Shown: piece by piece, positions 51,490 to 60,124 of the stretch | How positions within the stretch are numbered: position 1 is the first letter of the stretch | How the letters are laid out: every line of letters begins with the position of its first letter | The notes under the pieces: model-generated | What the model saw: the letters and a program-made list of their open reading frames with translations, nothing else | What the model was told of the DNA's origin: nothing | Databases searched by the model: none | Program-made: the position numbers and the translations under genes | Source of the DNA: Vulcanimicrobiota bacterium | GTDB lineage: Bacteria > Vulcanimicrobiota > Vulcanimicrobiia > Vulcanimicrobiales > Vulcanimicrobiaceae | Direction of reading: 5' to 3' | DNA: 64,000 bases | Assembly: GCA_963695225.1 (NCBI GenBank) | Contig: OY968762.1 | Location: forward strand, 1,376,001 to 1,440,000

Positions 51490-52902
51490 ATGTCCACAGC
51501 AACCTCCGCCGGCGGCGCGCAGGCGACGCGCGTCGAGACAGACAGCATGGGACCGATCGAGGTTCCGGCCGATAAGTACTACGGCGCCCAATCCGCCCGT
51601 TCGCTGATCCATTTCGCGATCGGCGACGACGTGATGCCGCGCGAAGTCATTCGCGCGATGGGCATCCTCAAGAAGGCGTGCGCGCTCGTCAACCACGATC
51701 TCGGGAAGCTCGATGGAGAGAAGACCGATCTGATCGTCCGCGCCGCCGACGAAGTGATCGCGGGGAAGCTTGCGACGCACTTCCCGCTGACCGTGTGGCA
51801 GACGGGTTCCGGAACCCAGACGAACATGAACGTCAACGAAGTGATTTCGAACCGCGCGATCGAGCTTGCGGGCGGCGTGCTGGGCTCGAAGCAGCCGATC
51901 CACCCGAACGACCACGTGAACATGTCGCAATCCTCGAACGACACGTTCCCGACCGCGATGCACATCGCCGCCGCCGAAGCGATGGTCGGCATGCTCCCAG
52001 CCGTCGAAGCGCTGCGCGACGCGCTCGCCGTGAAAGCTGAACAGTGGTCCGGCATCGTGAAGGTCGGCCGCACGCACCTCCAGGATGCGACGCCGCTCAC
52101 GCTCGGGCAGGAGTTTTCCGGCTACGCCAGTCAGCTCGACCGGTGCGTAACCCGTTGCGTGCAGGCGCTCGACGGGCTCTACGATCTCGCGATCGGCGGG
52201 ACGGCCGTCGGCACGGGGCTCAACGCTCATCCCGAATTCGCGGAGCGCGCCGCAAAGATGATCGCCGAGCTGACCGTACTTCCGTTCCGCTCGCATCCGA
52301 ACAAGTTCGCGGCGCTCGCCTCGCACGACGAGATCGTATTCGCATCGGGGGCGCTCAAGACGCTGGCCGGCGCGCTGATGAAGATCGCGAACGATATCCG
52401 TTGGCTCGGCTCGGGGCCGCGCGCCGGGATCGGCGAGCTCACTCTCCCCGAGAACGAACCCGGCTCGTCGATCATGCCGGGTAAAGTGAACCCGACGCAG
52501 TGCGAGGCGCTGACGATGGTCTGCGTGCAGGTCTTCGGAAACGACCTCGCCGTCAGCTTCGGCGGTTCGCAAGGTAACTTCGAACTCAACGTCTTCAACC
52601 CGGTCATGATCATGAACTTCCTGCACTCTACGACGCTGATCCGCGATGCTTGTACGGCGTTCCGCGAATACTGCGTCGAGGGGCTCGTCGCGAACGAGGC
52701 GATCATCGCCGAAAATCTCAAGAATTCGCTGATGCTCGTGACCGCGCTCGCCCCGCATATCGGATACGACAAGGCGGCCGAAATCGCGAAGACGGCTCAC
52801 AAACGGAATGCGACCTTGCGAGCGACAGCACTCGGCCTCGGCTACGTCACGGGCGAGGAGTACGACCGGTTCGTGGTTCCGGCCGACATGACGCACGCGT
52901 AG
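51490..52902 (+). CDS. fumC: Fumarate hydratase class II
   Basis: [40 protein letters not shown]. Confidence 0.98.
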   Translation: MSTATSAGGAQATRVETDSMGPIEVPADKYYGAQSARSLIHFAIGDDVMPREVIRAMGILKKACALVNHDLGKLDGEKTDLIVRAADEVIAGKLATHFPLTVWQTGSGTQTNMNVNEVISNRAIELAGGVLGSKQPIHPNDHVNMSQSSNDTFPTAMHIAAAEAMVGMLPAVEALRDALAVKAEQWSGIVKVGRTHLQDATPLTLGQEFSGYASQLDRCVTRCVQALDGLYDLAIGGTAVGTGLNAHPEFAERAAKMIAELTVLPFRSHPNKFAALASHDEIVFASGALKTLAGALMKIANDIRWLGSGPRAGIGELTLPENEPGSSIMPGKVNPTQCEALTMVCVQVFGNDLAVSFGGSQGNFELNVFNPVMIMNFLHSTTLIRDACTAFREYCVEGLVANEAIIAENLKNSLMLVTALAPHIGYDKAAEIAKTAHKRNATLRATALGLGYVTGEEYDRFVVPADMTHA

Positions 52903-52989
52903 CGCATCCCAGGCTCAGACGGCGCGCCTGGGGACGGTTCCGCTCGCGTTCGCAAGAGGATCGTCGAGCCGTGGCGTAGCCTGCAGGGG

Positions 52990-53952
52990 ATGCTGAGCGC
53001 GATCTCCACCGAGGAATACGTCCGCGAGGTCCTGCCGCACAGCTTCGACCTGTGGGGCGCCGAGCGCTCGTTCGAGACGTACGTTCACGATCTGGAAGCG
53101 GTCGCGCGCTCCCCATTCGCGCGGCGGCGGCCGTTCACCGTCGGCGTGCGCGACGGCGCCGCGATCGCGTGTTCCGCGAAACTGTACGGACGCGAACTAC
53201 GGCACGGGGAACGCACGCTGAAGGCGACGGGGTTCGGCGCGGTCTTCACGCGGCCCGAGTACCGCGGGCGCGGCTATGCATCGGCGATGCTCGGAGCGCT
53301 ACTCGATGCGGAACGCGCCGCCGGCGCGGATCTCGGCTTCCTGTTCGCCGATATCTCTCCGCTCTTCTACGAGCGCCTCGGCTTCGTGCGCCTACCTTCG
53401 CGTGCGATTTCGCTGCGCGCGCGCTCGCTCGACCCGGCGATCGTCCCCTGGACGCCGGTCGGACCGGGCGATTGGGCGGGGATCCGGCGCTGTTTCGAGG
53501 CGCTTGACGCACGCGCCGAGTGCAGTTTCCGGCGCACGCCGCACGTGTGGGAGTTCATGCGCTCGAAATGGTCGCAAACGCTCCCGCACTACACGCAGCG
53601 CGTCGATTTGCTGGCCCGCCGCGGACGGTCGGTCGCGGCTTACGTGCTGTGCCGCCGCGTCGCCGACCGCGACACGCTCGCGGTCGACGACTTCGCGTTC
53701 GCCGACGACGATGCGCGCGAATTCATCGGCCCGCTCTTGCGCGCCGCCGCCGGGGATCTCGCCCGCGTCAAGGCCTGGCTCCCGCCCGCGGTCGCGCGCG
53801 CCGCGTTACCGCGCGGCTCCGTCCGGCCGCGCGAGGACGGTATCTTCATGGGCGCCGGGCTCACCCGCGCCGGTCGCGCCTGGCTGGCCGCAGTCGCCGG
53901 GGACGGCCGGGCGGAGCCGCGCGAAGCCTGCTGGAACGCCGATCACATCTAG
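52990..53952 (+). CDS. GNAT-family N-acetyltransferase
   Basis: GAVFTRPEYRGRGYAS acetyl-CoA motif, FYERLGF. Confidence 0.85.
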   Translation: MLSAISTEEYVREVLPHSFDLWGAERSFETYVHDLEAVARSPFARRRPFTVGVRDGAAIACSAKLYGRELRHGERTLKATGFGAVFTRPEYRGRGYASAMLGALLDAERAAGADLGFLFADISPLFYERLGFVRLPSRAISLRARSLDPAIVPWTPVGPGDWAGIRRCFEALDARAECSFRRTPHVWEFMRSKWSQTLPHYTQRVDLLARRGRSVAAYVLCRRVADRDTLAVDDFAFADDDAREFIGPLLRAAAGDLARVKAWLPPAVARAALPRGSVRPREDGIFMGAGLTRAGRAWLAAVAGDGRAEPREACWNADHI

Positions 53953-53959
53953 ACGATCC

Positions 53960-54896
53960 GTGCCGGGCAGCACGCGATCGCGCTTGACTTCGTCGCCCCG
54001 CTCGACGGCGCCGACATCCTTCGGCAGACGGTCGAAATGCATCGCCGCATCGGGATCGACGAGCGGCTGCTGACGCCCTCCGAACTGGCGGACCTCGAGC
54101 CCGCACTCAACGTCGAGGACGTCGCGTTGGGGGCTCACGAGCAGGACGGCGGCTACGCGGATCCGGCGCTGACGGCGAATTCGTACGCCGCAGCCGCCGA
54201 GCGCGCGGGCGTCACGATCCTGCGCAACACCGAAGTGACGGGCTTGCGCATCGAGGCGGGGCGGATCCGCGGCGTCGAGACGACCGCCGGATCGTTCGCC
54301 ACCGGGACGGCCGTCAATGCGGCCGGGCCGTGGGGAGCGCGGATCGCCGCGTTCGCCGGGGTCGAGATCCCGATCTCTCCCAGCCGCCATCCGGTCCTGG
54401 TCCTGGAACGCCCCCCGGCTTGGAGAAGCCCGACGCCCGTCTTCGGGGACCTCGTGAACGGCTGGTACTTCAAGCCCGAGGGGCGGCACGGTCTCATGGT
54501 CGGGTGCCTCTCGGAGATCGAGCGCGACCGCGAGGTCGATATCGAAGGTACGCCGCGAAGGTGCAGCCGGAAGAGACCCTCCGCTATACGGAGGCCGTCC
54601 TGCACCGTTTCCCGGCGATGGCGGACGGGACCGCAACGGGGAGCTGGGCCGGCCTCTACGATGTGACGCCCGACGGCCTGCCCGTGATCGGCGAGATTCC
54701 GGGAATCGAGGGATTCTACTGCGCCGTCGGCTTGCGCGGGCACGGTTTCAAGACGGCGCCGGCCGTCGGCACGATCCTCGCCGAACTCGTGACGCAAGGC
54801 GCCTCCCGGACCTACGATATCTCCCTCTTCCGGCACGGGCGCTTCTCCGAGCGCGCCCTCACGCACTCGCGGTACGCGTACCACATCATCGGATAG
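53960..54896 (+). pseudogene. FAD-dependent oxidoreductase (DadA/sarcosine oxidase family), 5'-truncated and frameshifted
   Basis: DGGYADP, VNAAGPWG in one frame; WAGLYDVTPDGLPVIG, GHGFKTAP in another; frame switch near 54549; no N-terminal GxGxxG FAD motif after the in-frame stop at 53950-53952. Confidence 0.82.
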
Positions 54897-54929
54897 CGGA
54901 TGGGTACCGGCCCTGAGACGCCTTCCGCA

Positions 54930-55005
54930 TCCGCGGAATTGGACGGACGCCGCAATAAATTAGAGCCGCGCTTGCTATTTCGAGCGGAATATCCGCTCCA
55001 ACGGA
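54930..55005. promoter_or_regulatory. Two 14-bp TCC-N8-GGA operator-like palindromes
   Basis: TCCGCGGAATTGGA (54930-54943) and TCCGCTCCAACGGA (54992-55005); resemble the sites at 56385 and 56405. Confidence 0.5.
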
Positions 55006-55035
55006 TTCAACTTGCACCGCGAGCCGCATCCCGCG

Positions 55036-55064
55036 TTGCGGCGCGTGCGTGGGCCCCGTACGAT
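55036..55064 (+). promoter_or_regulatory. Putative sigma70 promoter of Met-rich gene
   Basis: TTGCGG-17 bp-TACGAT. Confidence 0.5.
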
Positions 55065-55157
55065 TGAAGCATCAGATCGGTCGTCGATAGCGCGGCCGAG
55101 TGCGCCGGGTTGCGCAGTTGGCCGCAAGCAAGCGAGCCGGAAAAGGACGAACGAACC

Positions 55158-55514
55158 ATGATGCCTGCAATGCAGATGCCGATGAACTCGATGGGCATGC
55201 CGATGAACGGCATGATGAACCCGATGATGATGCCGATGGGCGGCATGATGAACCCGATGATGATGAACCCGATGATGATGAACCCGATGATGATGAACGG
55301 CATGATGATGCCGATGCCCGTTATGATGTGCCAGATGACCTGCGAGATGACGTCCGCCGGAATGGTCTGCACCATGAAGCCGATGGACGGCATGTCGATG
55401 GACATGATGAAGGAATGCTGCGACCGCATGTGCGCCATCATGGACATGGGAATGCCCGCGATGATGATGGGTCACGGGATGCCCATGATGATGTGCATGC
55501 CCGCGAAGAAGTAA
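55158..55514 (+). CDS. Methionine/cysteine-rich small protein (118 aa; 52 Met, 7 Cys)
   Basis: RBS-like AAAGGA upstream, upstream promoter, G/C-ending non-Met codons, NPMMM repeats then a Cys-containing C-terminal domain. Confidence 0.85.
   Translation: MMPAMQMPMNSMGMPMNGMMNPMMMPMGGMMNPMMMNPMMMNPMMMNGMMMPMPVMMCQMTCEMTSAGMVCTMKPMDGMSMDMMKECCDRMCAIMDMGMPAMMMGHGMPMMMCMPAKK
55251..55310 (+). repeat. 15-bp tandem repeat encoding NPMMM
   Basis: AACCCGATGATGATG x3 followed by AACGGCATGATGATG. Confidence 0.9.
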
Positions 55515-55542
55515 GCCGTTCGAGGATATCGAGCGGCTATTC

Positions 55543-56172
55543 TTATCCGATCGGGTCCACGTACGTCATCACGAGATACATGACGGCTTCGATCTGGCCG
55601 ACGTTCCGGTAGTGGTGCGCGACGTCGGCCTCGAATAGTATCGCATCCCCCGTTTCTAGGACGTGGTTCGCCTCTCCGACGCCTATCTCCACGGTCCCCT
55701 TGCTGACGGCTAAGTTCTCGAGGGTCCCCGGAGCGTGGGCGTCGGCTTTTTCTATCCCTTTCGGGACGAGGCGCAGCTCGTAGAACTCGGCCTTCCGCTG
55801 GCTATCGAACGGGAACAGCGCGCGCGAAGTGAACTCGCGCGAATGCGAGACGAGCAGTTTCGAATCGGCGGACTTGAGGACGATCGAACCGTGGCTTTGC
55901 GGCGCGCCCGTCAACGAGGCGAACGGGACGTCGAGCGCCTTCGCGACTTTCCAAAGCAGGTTGATCGTCGGCACGCTGCGTCCGAGTTCGATCTGGCCGA
56001 GCATGGCGCGGCTGACCCCGGAGAGATGCGCGAGGCGTTCGAGGGAATAGCCCCGCCGGGTCCGCAGGTGCCGGAGGTTCTGACCGACGACGGTGGCGAG
56101 ATCGTCTTCCTCGGCCACCCCTATCGGCGGCTCCCCGTCGCCTCGCACTACGTGTACCGGCGCCCTCAACAA
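55543..56172 (-). CDS. XRE-family HTH regulator with C-terminal cupin (SutR/YdcN-like); start may be GTG 56118
   Basis: VGQNLRHLR..SLERLAHLSGVSRAMLGQIELGRSVPTINLLWKVAKAL; cupin AHAPGTLE..GDAILFEADVAHHYRN. Confidence 0.92.
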   Translation of the reverse strand: MLRAPVHVVRGDGEPPIGVAEEDDLATVVGQNLRHLRTRRGYSLERLAHLSGVSRAMLGQIELGRSVPTINLLWKVAKALDVPFASLTGAPQSHGSIVLKSADSKLLVSHSREFTSRALFPFDSQRKAEFYELRLVPKGIEKADAHAPGTLENLAVSKGTVEIGVGEANHVLETGDAILFEADVAHHYRNVGQIEAVMYLVMTYVDPIG

Positions 56173-56351
56173 GGGCTCGGGCTAACGGGAAGGCCCATCG
56201 CGTAGCCGTACGGCACCGGCATCCAGACGAAACACCACATCATCGGCGCGACCGCGGTCTGCGGTTTGCGGGCTGCAAGCTCGGCTTGCTCCTGGCGGCG
56301 ACGGCGATACTCGTCAAGATCGTGGACCACGGCCAACGCGGCAGATGCCAT
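56166..56351 (-). CDS. Small hypothetical protein upstream of XRE regulator
   Basis: RBS GGAG; VHDLDEYRRRR motif, tail MMWCFVWMPVPYGYAM; lies directly behind a promoter. Confidence 0.6.
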   Translation of the reverse strand: MASAALAVVHDLDEYRRRRQEQAELAARKPQTAVAPMMWCFVWMPVPYGYAMGLPVSPSPC

Positions 56352-56380
56352 TCCACACTCCAAAGCGGGCGTTTCGACGT

Positions 56381-56418
56381 ATTATCCACTAGAATGGACA
56401 AACCGTCAATATAACGGA
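56381..56418 (-). promoter_or_regulatory. Sigma70-like promoter overlapped by two operator-like palindromes
   Basis: Minus strand TTGACG-17 bp-GATAAT; palindromes TCCACTAGAATGGA (56385-56398) and GTCAATATAACGGA (56405-56418). Confidence 0.65.
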
Positions 56419-56448
56419 CGCCACGCTTTCTTCTCCCGGCGTGCGGGG

Positions 56449-57570
56449 TTATAGTGCGCCCAGTATCGTAGCCCCCCAAGGATACCGCTCTACCTTGGCG
56501 ACGAACTCGCGCGTCCGTTCGAGCAGCCGCTCGCGGGCGATCAGGAGGTTCCCGCCGATCAGGAGCATCGTTTCCGGCCCATAGAAGCCGAGGAGTTCCT
56601 CGACGCGCTCCAGCAGCATCCCGCCCGCCGGGACGGGGAGGATCGGGCGCAGCCGGCCCCAGGCCGCCCGCGCCGTGCCGGCGAGCGTCGCGCACTCTTC
56701 CTGCGGGAAGGCGAACCGGCCGCCGTAGTTCGTGAAGATCGCGGCGTCCGCGCCGAAGAGCCGGAAGAGCTTCCCGAAGAGCAGCGGCGAGGCAATCCGG
56801 GCTGTCCCGCCGGCCGAGGGGTGCGCGAGGTAGACGAACTCCGGGAAATCCTCGACGAGCTCGTGGAAGGCGGGAAGGCCGACGATCATCGGCGCGACCA
56901 GGACGACCCGCACGCCTTCTTCGCGCGCGATCCGCGCGCGTTCGTGCAACGTGCGGGGACTGCCGATCAGGTTCGGCGCGTAGAACGAGGCCTTTCCGGT
57001 CGCCTTGACGGCCTCGTTCACCGCCGCCTGGCAGGCGCGCACGCGCTCGGCGTAGGGCGAGTAGGCTTGATCGGCGATGCCGTGATCGTCCTTGACGATG
57101 TCGATGCCGGCGAGCGCGAACGTACGCGCCAGGCGCGCGAGTTCGGCGACCTGCAGGCCTTGAGGCTTCGTGGCGGCGCTCGTCAGCGCGCGGTCGTGCA
57201 CTCCGAGGAGCGCCCTGATTCCGGCGATGCCGTGCCGCGGGCCGGGGAATCGTTCGAGCAGGTCCGGGGGAAGATCGAGGCCGACGAACTGCACGTTCTC
57301 CCACAGCGAGCAGTTGCCGAAGATCATGTTCATCAGTTGCGCCGGCTCGCCGCCGGTCGTCTCGACCGCGAGGTTCACGTCGACGCGGAAGCGGCGCTCC
57401 GCGACCGGAACGATCTCGGCGACGCGCCCCACGATCTCGTTGCGGATGCGTTCGTCCCCGATCGCCGCGATCGGGCATTCGACGCTCTGCTCGAGCGCGA
57501 GCGCCGCGGCGCGCGCCTCGATCTGGGCGGGGTCCGAATCGATCAGGTAGGTCGCAGTCAGCCAGGCCAT
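56449..57570 (-). CDS. RuBisCO-like protein (form IV), R. rubrum-type, probable methylthioribulose-1-P isomerase
   Basis: EQSVE, QLMNMIFGN, FPGP..G, KPQG, DIVKDDHGIADQ, AHP, GAD, PVPAGG, LIGG; about 370 aa, shorter than true RbcL. Confidence 0.92.
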   Translation of the reverse strand: MAWLTATYLIDSDPAQIEARAAALALEQSVECPIAAIGDERIRNEIVGRVAEIVPVAERRFRVDVNLAVETTGGEPAQLMNMIFGNCSLWENVQFVGLDLPPDLLERFPGPRHGIAGIRALLGVHDRALTSAATKPQGLQVAELARLARTFALAGIDIVKDDHGIADQAYSPYAERVRACQAAVNEAVKATGKASFYAPNLIGSPRTLHERARIAREEGVRVVLVAPMIVGLPAFHELVEDFPEFVYLAHPSAGGTARIASPLLFGKLFRLFGADAAIFTNYGGRFAFPQEECATLAGTARAAWGRLRPILPVPAGGMLLERVEELLGFYGPETMLLIGGNLLIARERLLERTREFVAKVERYPWGATILGAL

Positions 57571-57661
57571 GCCCGGAGGCTTCCAGGCGCGGCGGCGAGG
57601 TCCCACCTACGCCCCGCGTGCGCCGCGAGGTCCGGCGCCCCGCTCAGCGAAACGCTCGCGC

Positions 57662-58279
57662 ATGGCGCTCAAAGATCGTGAAGTGTTATGGCATCGCGCG
57701 CTCGAGCTCGAGCTCGCGCGCGCCGAGGATTTCGCAGCGGGACGCCGCGCGCCCGCGGACGCGGCGAGCGAGCATCTGCGAGTCATCGACGACACGGCGC
57801 TGCGCACGCGCCTGATCGCGGCGCGCATCGCCGAGGGCCTGCAATCGCCGAAGGGCCCGCAGAAGATCAAATCGATCGTGCGGCTCTATCCGGCGTTCGA
57901 TGCGCCGGTGCGCAACGGCGCAACCGCTGCGCGCCCGGCGAAAGCGCCGCGCGCGCCGGCCGCTCCGCGCGCCGCCGCCGCGCGCACCGAGCGCCCGACC
58001 GTCGAGGAGATGCGCGCGCTGCTCGAGCGGCTGCAGCGCCTCGAAACGGAGATCGCGCACGAATTGCAGGCGGGCTTCGACGAGCAGCTTCGCGCGCTCC
58101 AGGCGGAACTCGCGAACGCGAGCGGCGACGATCTCGACCGCTTGCACGCCGAGCTCGGGCGCAAGCTCGAAACGCGCCGCACGCTCCGCGCGAACGCGCG
58201 CGCCGAAGCGTTCGCGCGGATCGAACGCGAACTCGACGCGCGCGGCCGGGCGCACGTGCGTATGCTCTCGACTCGCTAG
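57662..58279 (+). CDS. Hypothetical helical/coiled-coil protein
   Basis: Fills the gap, plausible composition, no family recognised. Confidence 0.65.
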   Translation: MALKDREVLWHRALELELARAEDFAAGRRAPADAASEHLRVIDDTALRTRLIAARIAEGLQSPKGPQKIKSIVRLYPAFDAPVRNGATAARPAKAPRAPAAPRAAAARTERPTVEEMRALLERLQRLETEIAHELQAGFDEQLRALQAELANASGDDLDRLHAELGRKLETRRTLRANARAEAFARIERELDARGRAHVRMLSTR

Positions 58280-58297
58280 CGAGCGCGCGAGCGCGCG

Positions 58298-60091
58298 CTA
58301 GGGCAGGTGCGGATCCGCGAGCGCCGTCGCCATCGCGCGGTAGACGTTGAGGCGGCCGCAGCCTTCGTGCGGATCCCCGATATCGTCGGCCTTAGAGCAG
58401 AGCAGCGCCTTCATCGCATCCGGCGACTGATACGCCGGGTTCACGGAGAGGATCAACGCCGCCGCGCCCGCGACGTGCGGGGCGGACATCGACGTGCCCG
58501 CGATGAGCGTGCGGCAATCCGCCGTCGAACCGGCGGCGGCTCCGAAATCGGGCGTGCACGAGCCAACGAAGTTCAGGTCGCTCGGCGAGGACTGGTACGG
58601 CGTCGAGGTCCACACGTTCTCGATCCAGTGCAGGTCGTCGGTGCCGCTTGCAGCGCTCACGTCGCTCGCCGACGGATCGCCGCCCGGGGCCACGATGCCC
58701 CACGCCGACGCGATCTGGTAGGCCTTGGCGGGCGAGCCGTAGTTGGAATACGACGCAACGTATTCGACGGGGCTCGCCGCCGCACCGACGGAAGCCCCGG
58801 AGCCGTTTGCGACGCCGTCGCCGAGCGAGGTCGCGCCGACCGCGATCACCTTGCTCACGCAAGCCGGGGCTTCGACGGGTTGCGGGGTTTGCGCGCTGCC
58901 GTTGCCGGACGACGCCACGACGATCACGTTCGCAGCGATCGCTTCGGCGATCGCGTTGCCCTCAGTGTGATCGGAATCGACGCCGTTGCTGTCGCAGGTT
59001 CCGCCGCCCAGGCTGAGATTGATCACGTTGACGTGCTGGGCAATCGCGTCTGTAATCGCCGACGCGATGTCGGCCGTCGCGGCGCTGCACTGCGCATCGC
59101 TCGCCGTGCTGCTCGCGCAATTGTCATCCGGCGTCGGGAAGATGCGATACGCATAGATCGCGGTGTTCCCCCCGGCGCCCACGAAGCCGAGGCCGTTCCC
59201 GAGCGCGGCCGACGCGATGCCCGCGACGTCGGTCCCGTGGCCCGTCGGATCGGTCGAGTAGTTCGACGTCGATTGCGTCACGCCGTCGGTAGAGGTGATG
59301 AAGCACTTCTGATACGCGATCTTCGCATGCAGGTCGGGGTGGGTGCTGTCCACGCCGGTATCGATGACGGCGATCTTCACCGAAGGCGAGCCCAGCGCCG
59401 CGGCGTTCGTGATCCCGCTCCCGTTGCCGCTCTGGCTATAGGCGAACGCGGATTCGAGCCCGATCGCGTGCATGTCCCACTGACCGGGGACGCTCGCGCT
59501 CTCGGAGTAGGGCAAGACGTGATAGGACGCCGGCACCGCCCCTTGCTGGGCCGTGAACCCGTTGAAATAGGGATCGTTCGGATAGTAGGGCGTCGCGATC
59601 GTGGAGGGATAGCGGCGCCCCCCGGCCGTGCCGACGCTGCGCACTCCGGCTTGCGAGCGCAGCGCGGTCTGCACGCCCGCGGCCTGCGCGGGCTCGACGG
59701 AAAGGATTCGCGTCACGACGCCCGTGTGCGGGAAATCGAACTGCTGCACGACGCGCGCCCCGAGGCTCTGTTCGCGCGAGGAGATGGCCGCCGTCGAGCG
59801 CTGCGCGGTCGCGCGGTCGTAGGTCACCGCGATCAAGCCCGCCGTCGCCTCCGCGCTCCGGGCGCGAGCGACGCTTCGCCGCACCGTCTCCGTCCCCACG
59901 CTCCCGCCGCGCGCGGCCGAAAACGTGCTCGCGCTCGTCGGGCACACGTACGCCGCCGCCGGCGGCGTGGGAACCGCGGTCGGCGTCGCCGTGGGGGTCG
60001 CGGTCGGGGCCGCCTTCGGGCCGACGCCGCCTCCGTTGCACCCGGAGATCGCGAACGAAAAAAGGGCTAGGTACGTCAGTCGCAAGCGCAC
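58298..60091 (-). CDS. S8 (subtilisin-like) serine peptidase, predicted lipoprotein
   Basis: Lipobox-like ISGC, PT linker, catalytic VIDTG, HGTDVAG, GTSMSAPHVAG. Confidence 0.92.
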   Translation of the reverse strand: MRLRLTYLALFSFAISGCNGGGVGPKAAPTATPTATPTAVPTPPAAAYVCPTSASTFSAARGGSVGTETVRRSVARARSAEATAGLIAVTYDRATAQRSTAAISSREQSLGARVVQQFDFPHTGVVTRILSVEPAQAAGVQTALRSQAGVRSVGTAGGRRYPSTIATPYYPNDPYFNGFTAQQGAVPASYHVLPYSESASVPGQWDMHAIGLESAFAYSQSGNGSGITNAAALGSPSVKIAVIDTGVDSTHPDLHAKIAYQKCFITSTDGVTQSTSNYSTDPTGHGTDVAGIASAALGNGLGFVGAGGNTAIYAYRIFPTPDDNCASSTASDAQCSAATADIASAITDAIAQHVNVINLSLGGGTCDSNGVDSDHTEGNAIAEAIAANVIVVASSGNGSAQTPQPVEAPACVSKVIAVGATSLGDGVANGSGASVGAAASPVEYVASYSNYGSPAKAYQIASAWGIVAPGGDPSASDVSAASGTDDLHWIENVWTSTPYQSSPSDLNFVGSCTPDFGAAAGSTADCRTLIAGTSMSAPHVAGAAALILSVNPAYQSPDAMKALLCSKADDIGDPHEGCGRLNVYRAMATALADPHLP

Positions 60092-60124
60092 CAGCGTAGT
60101 CTACCACCGATTGCTCCGAAACGG

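Noticed and set aside
54975..55475. His-rich ORF on the minus strand, plus the Ile/Met-rich ORF 55007-55447 and Asp-rich ORF 55100-55612
   Set aside because: These are shadows of the ATG-rich plus-strand gene (ATG reads as CAT, ATC or GAT in other frames). The RBS, promoter and codon pattern support the Met frame.
56449..57570. True CO2-fixing RuBisCO large subunit
   Set aside because: KDDH instead of KDDE, short length, and no rbcS, prk or cbb genes; it fits a form IV RLP.
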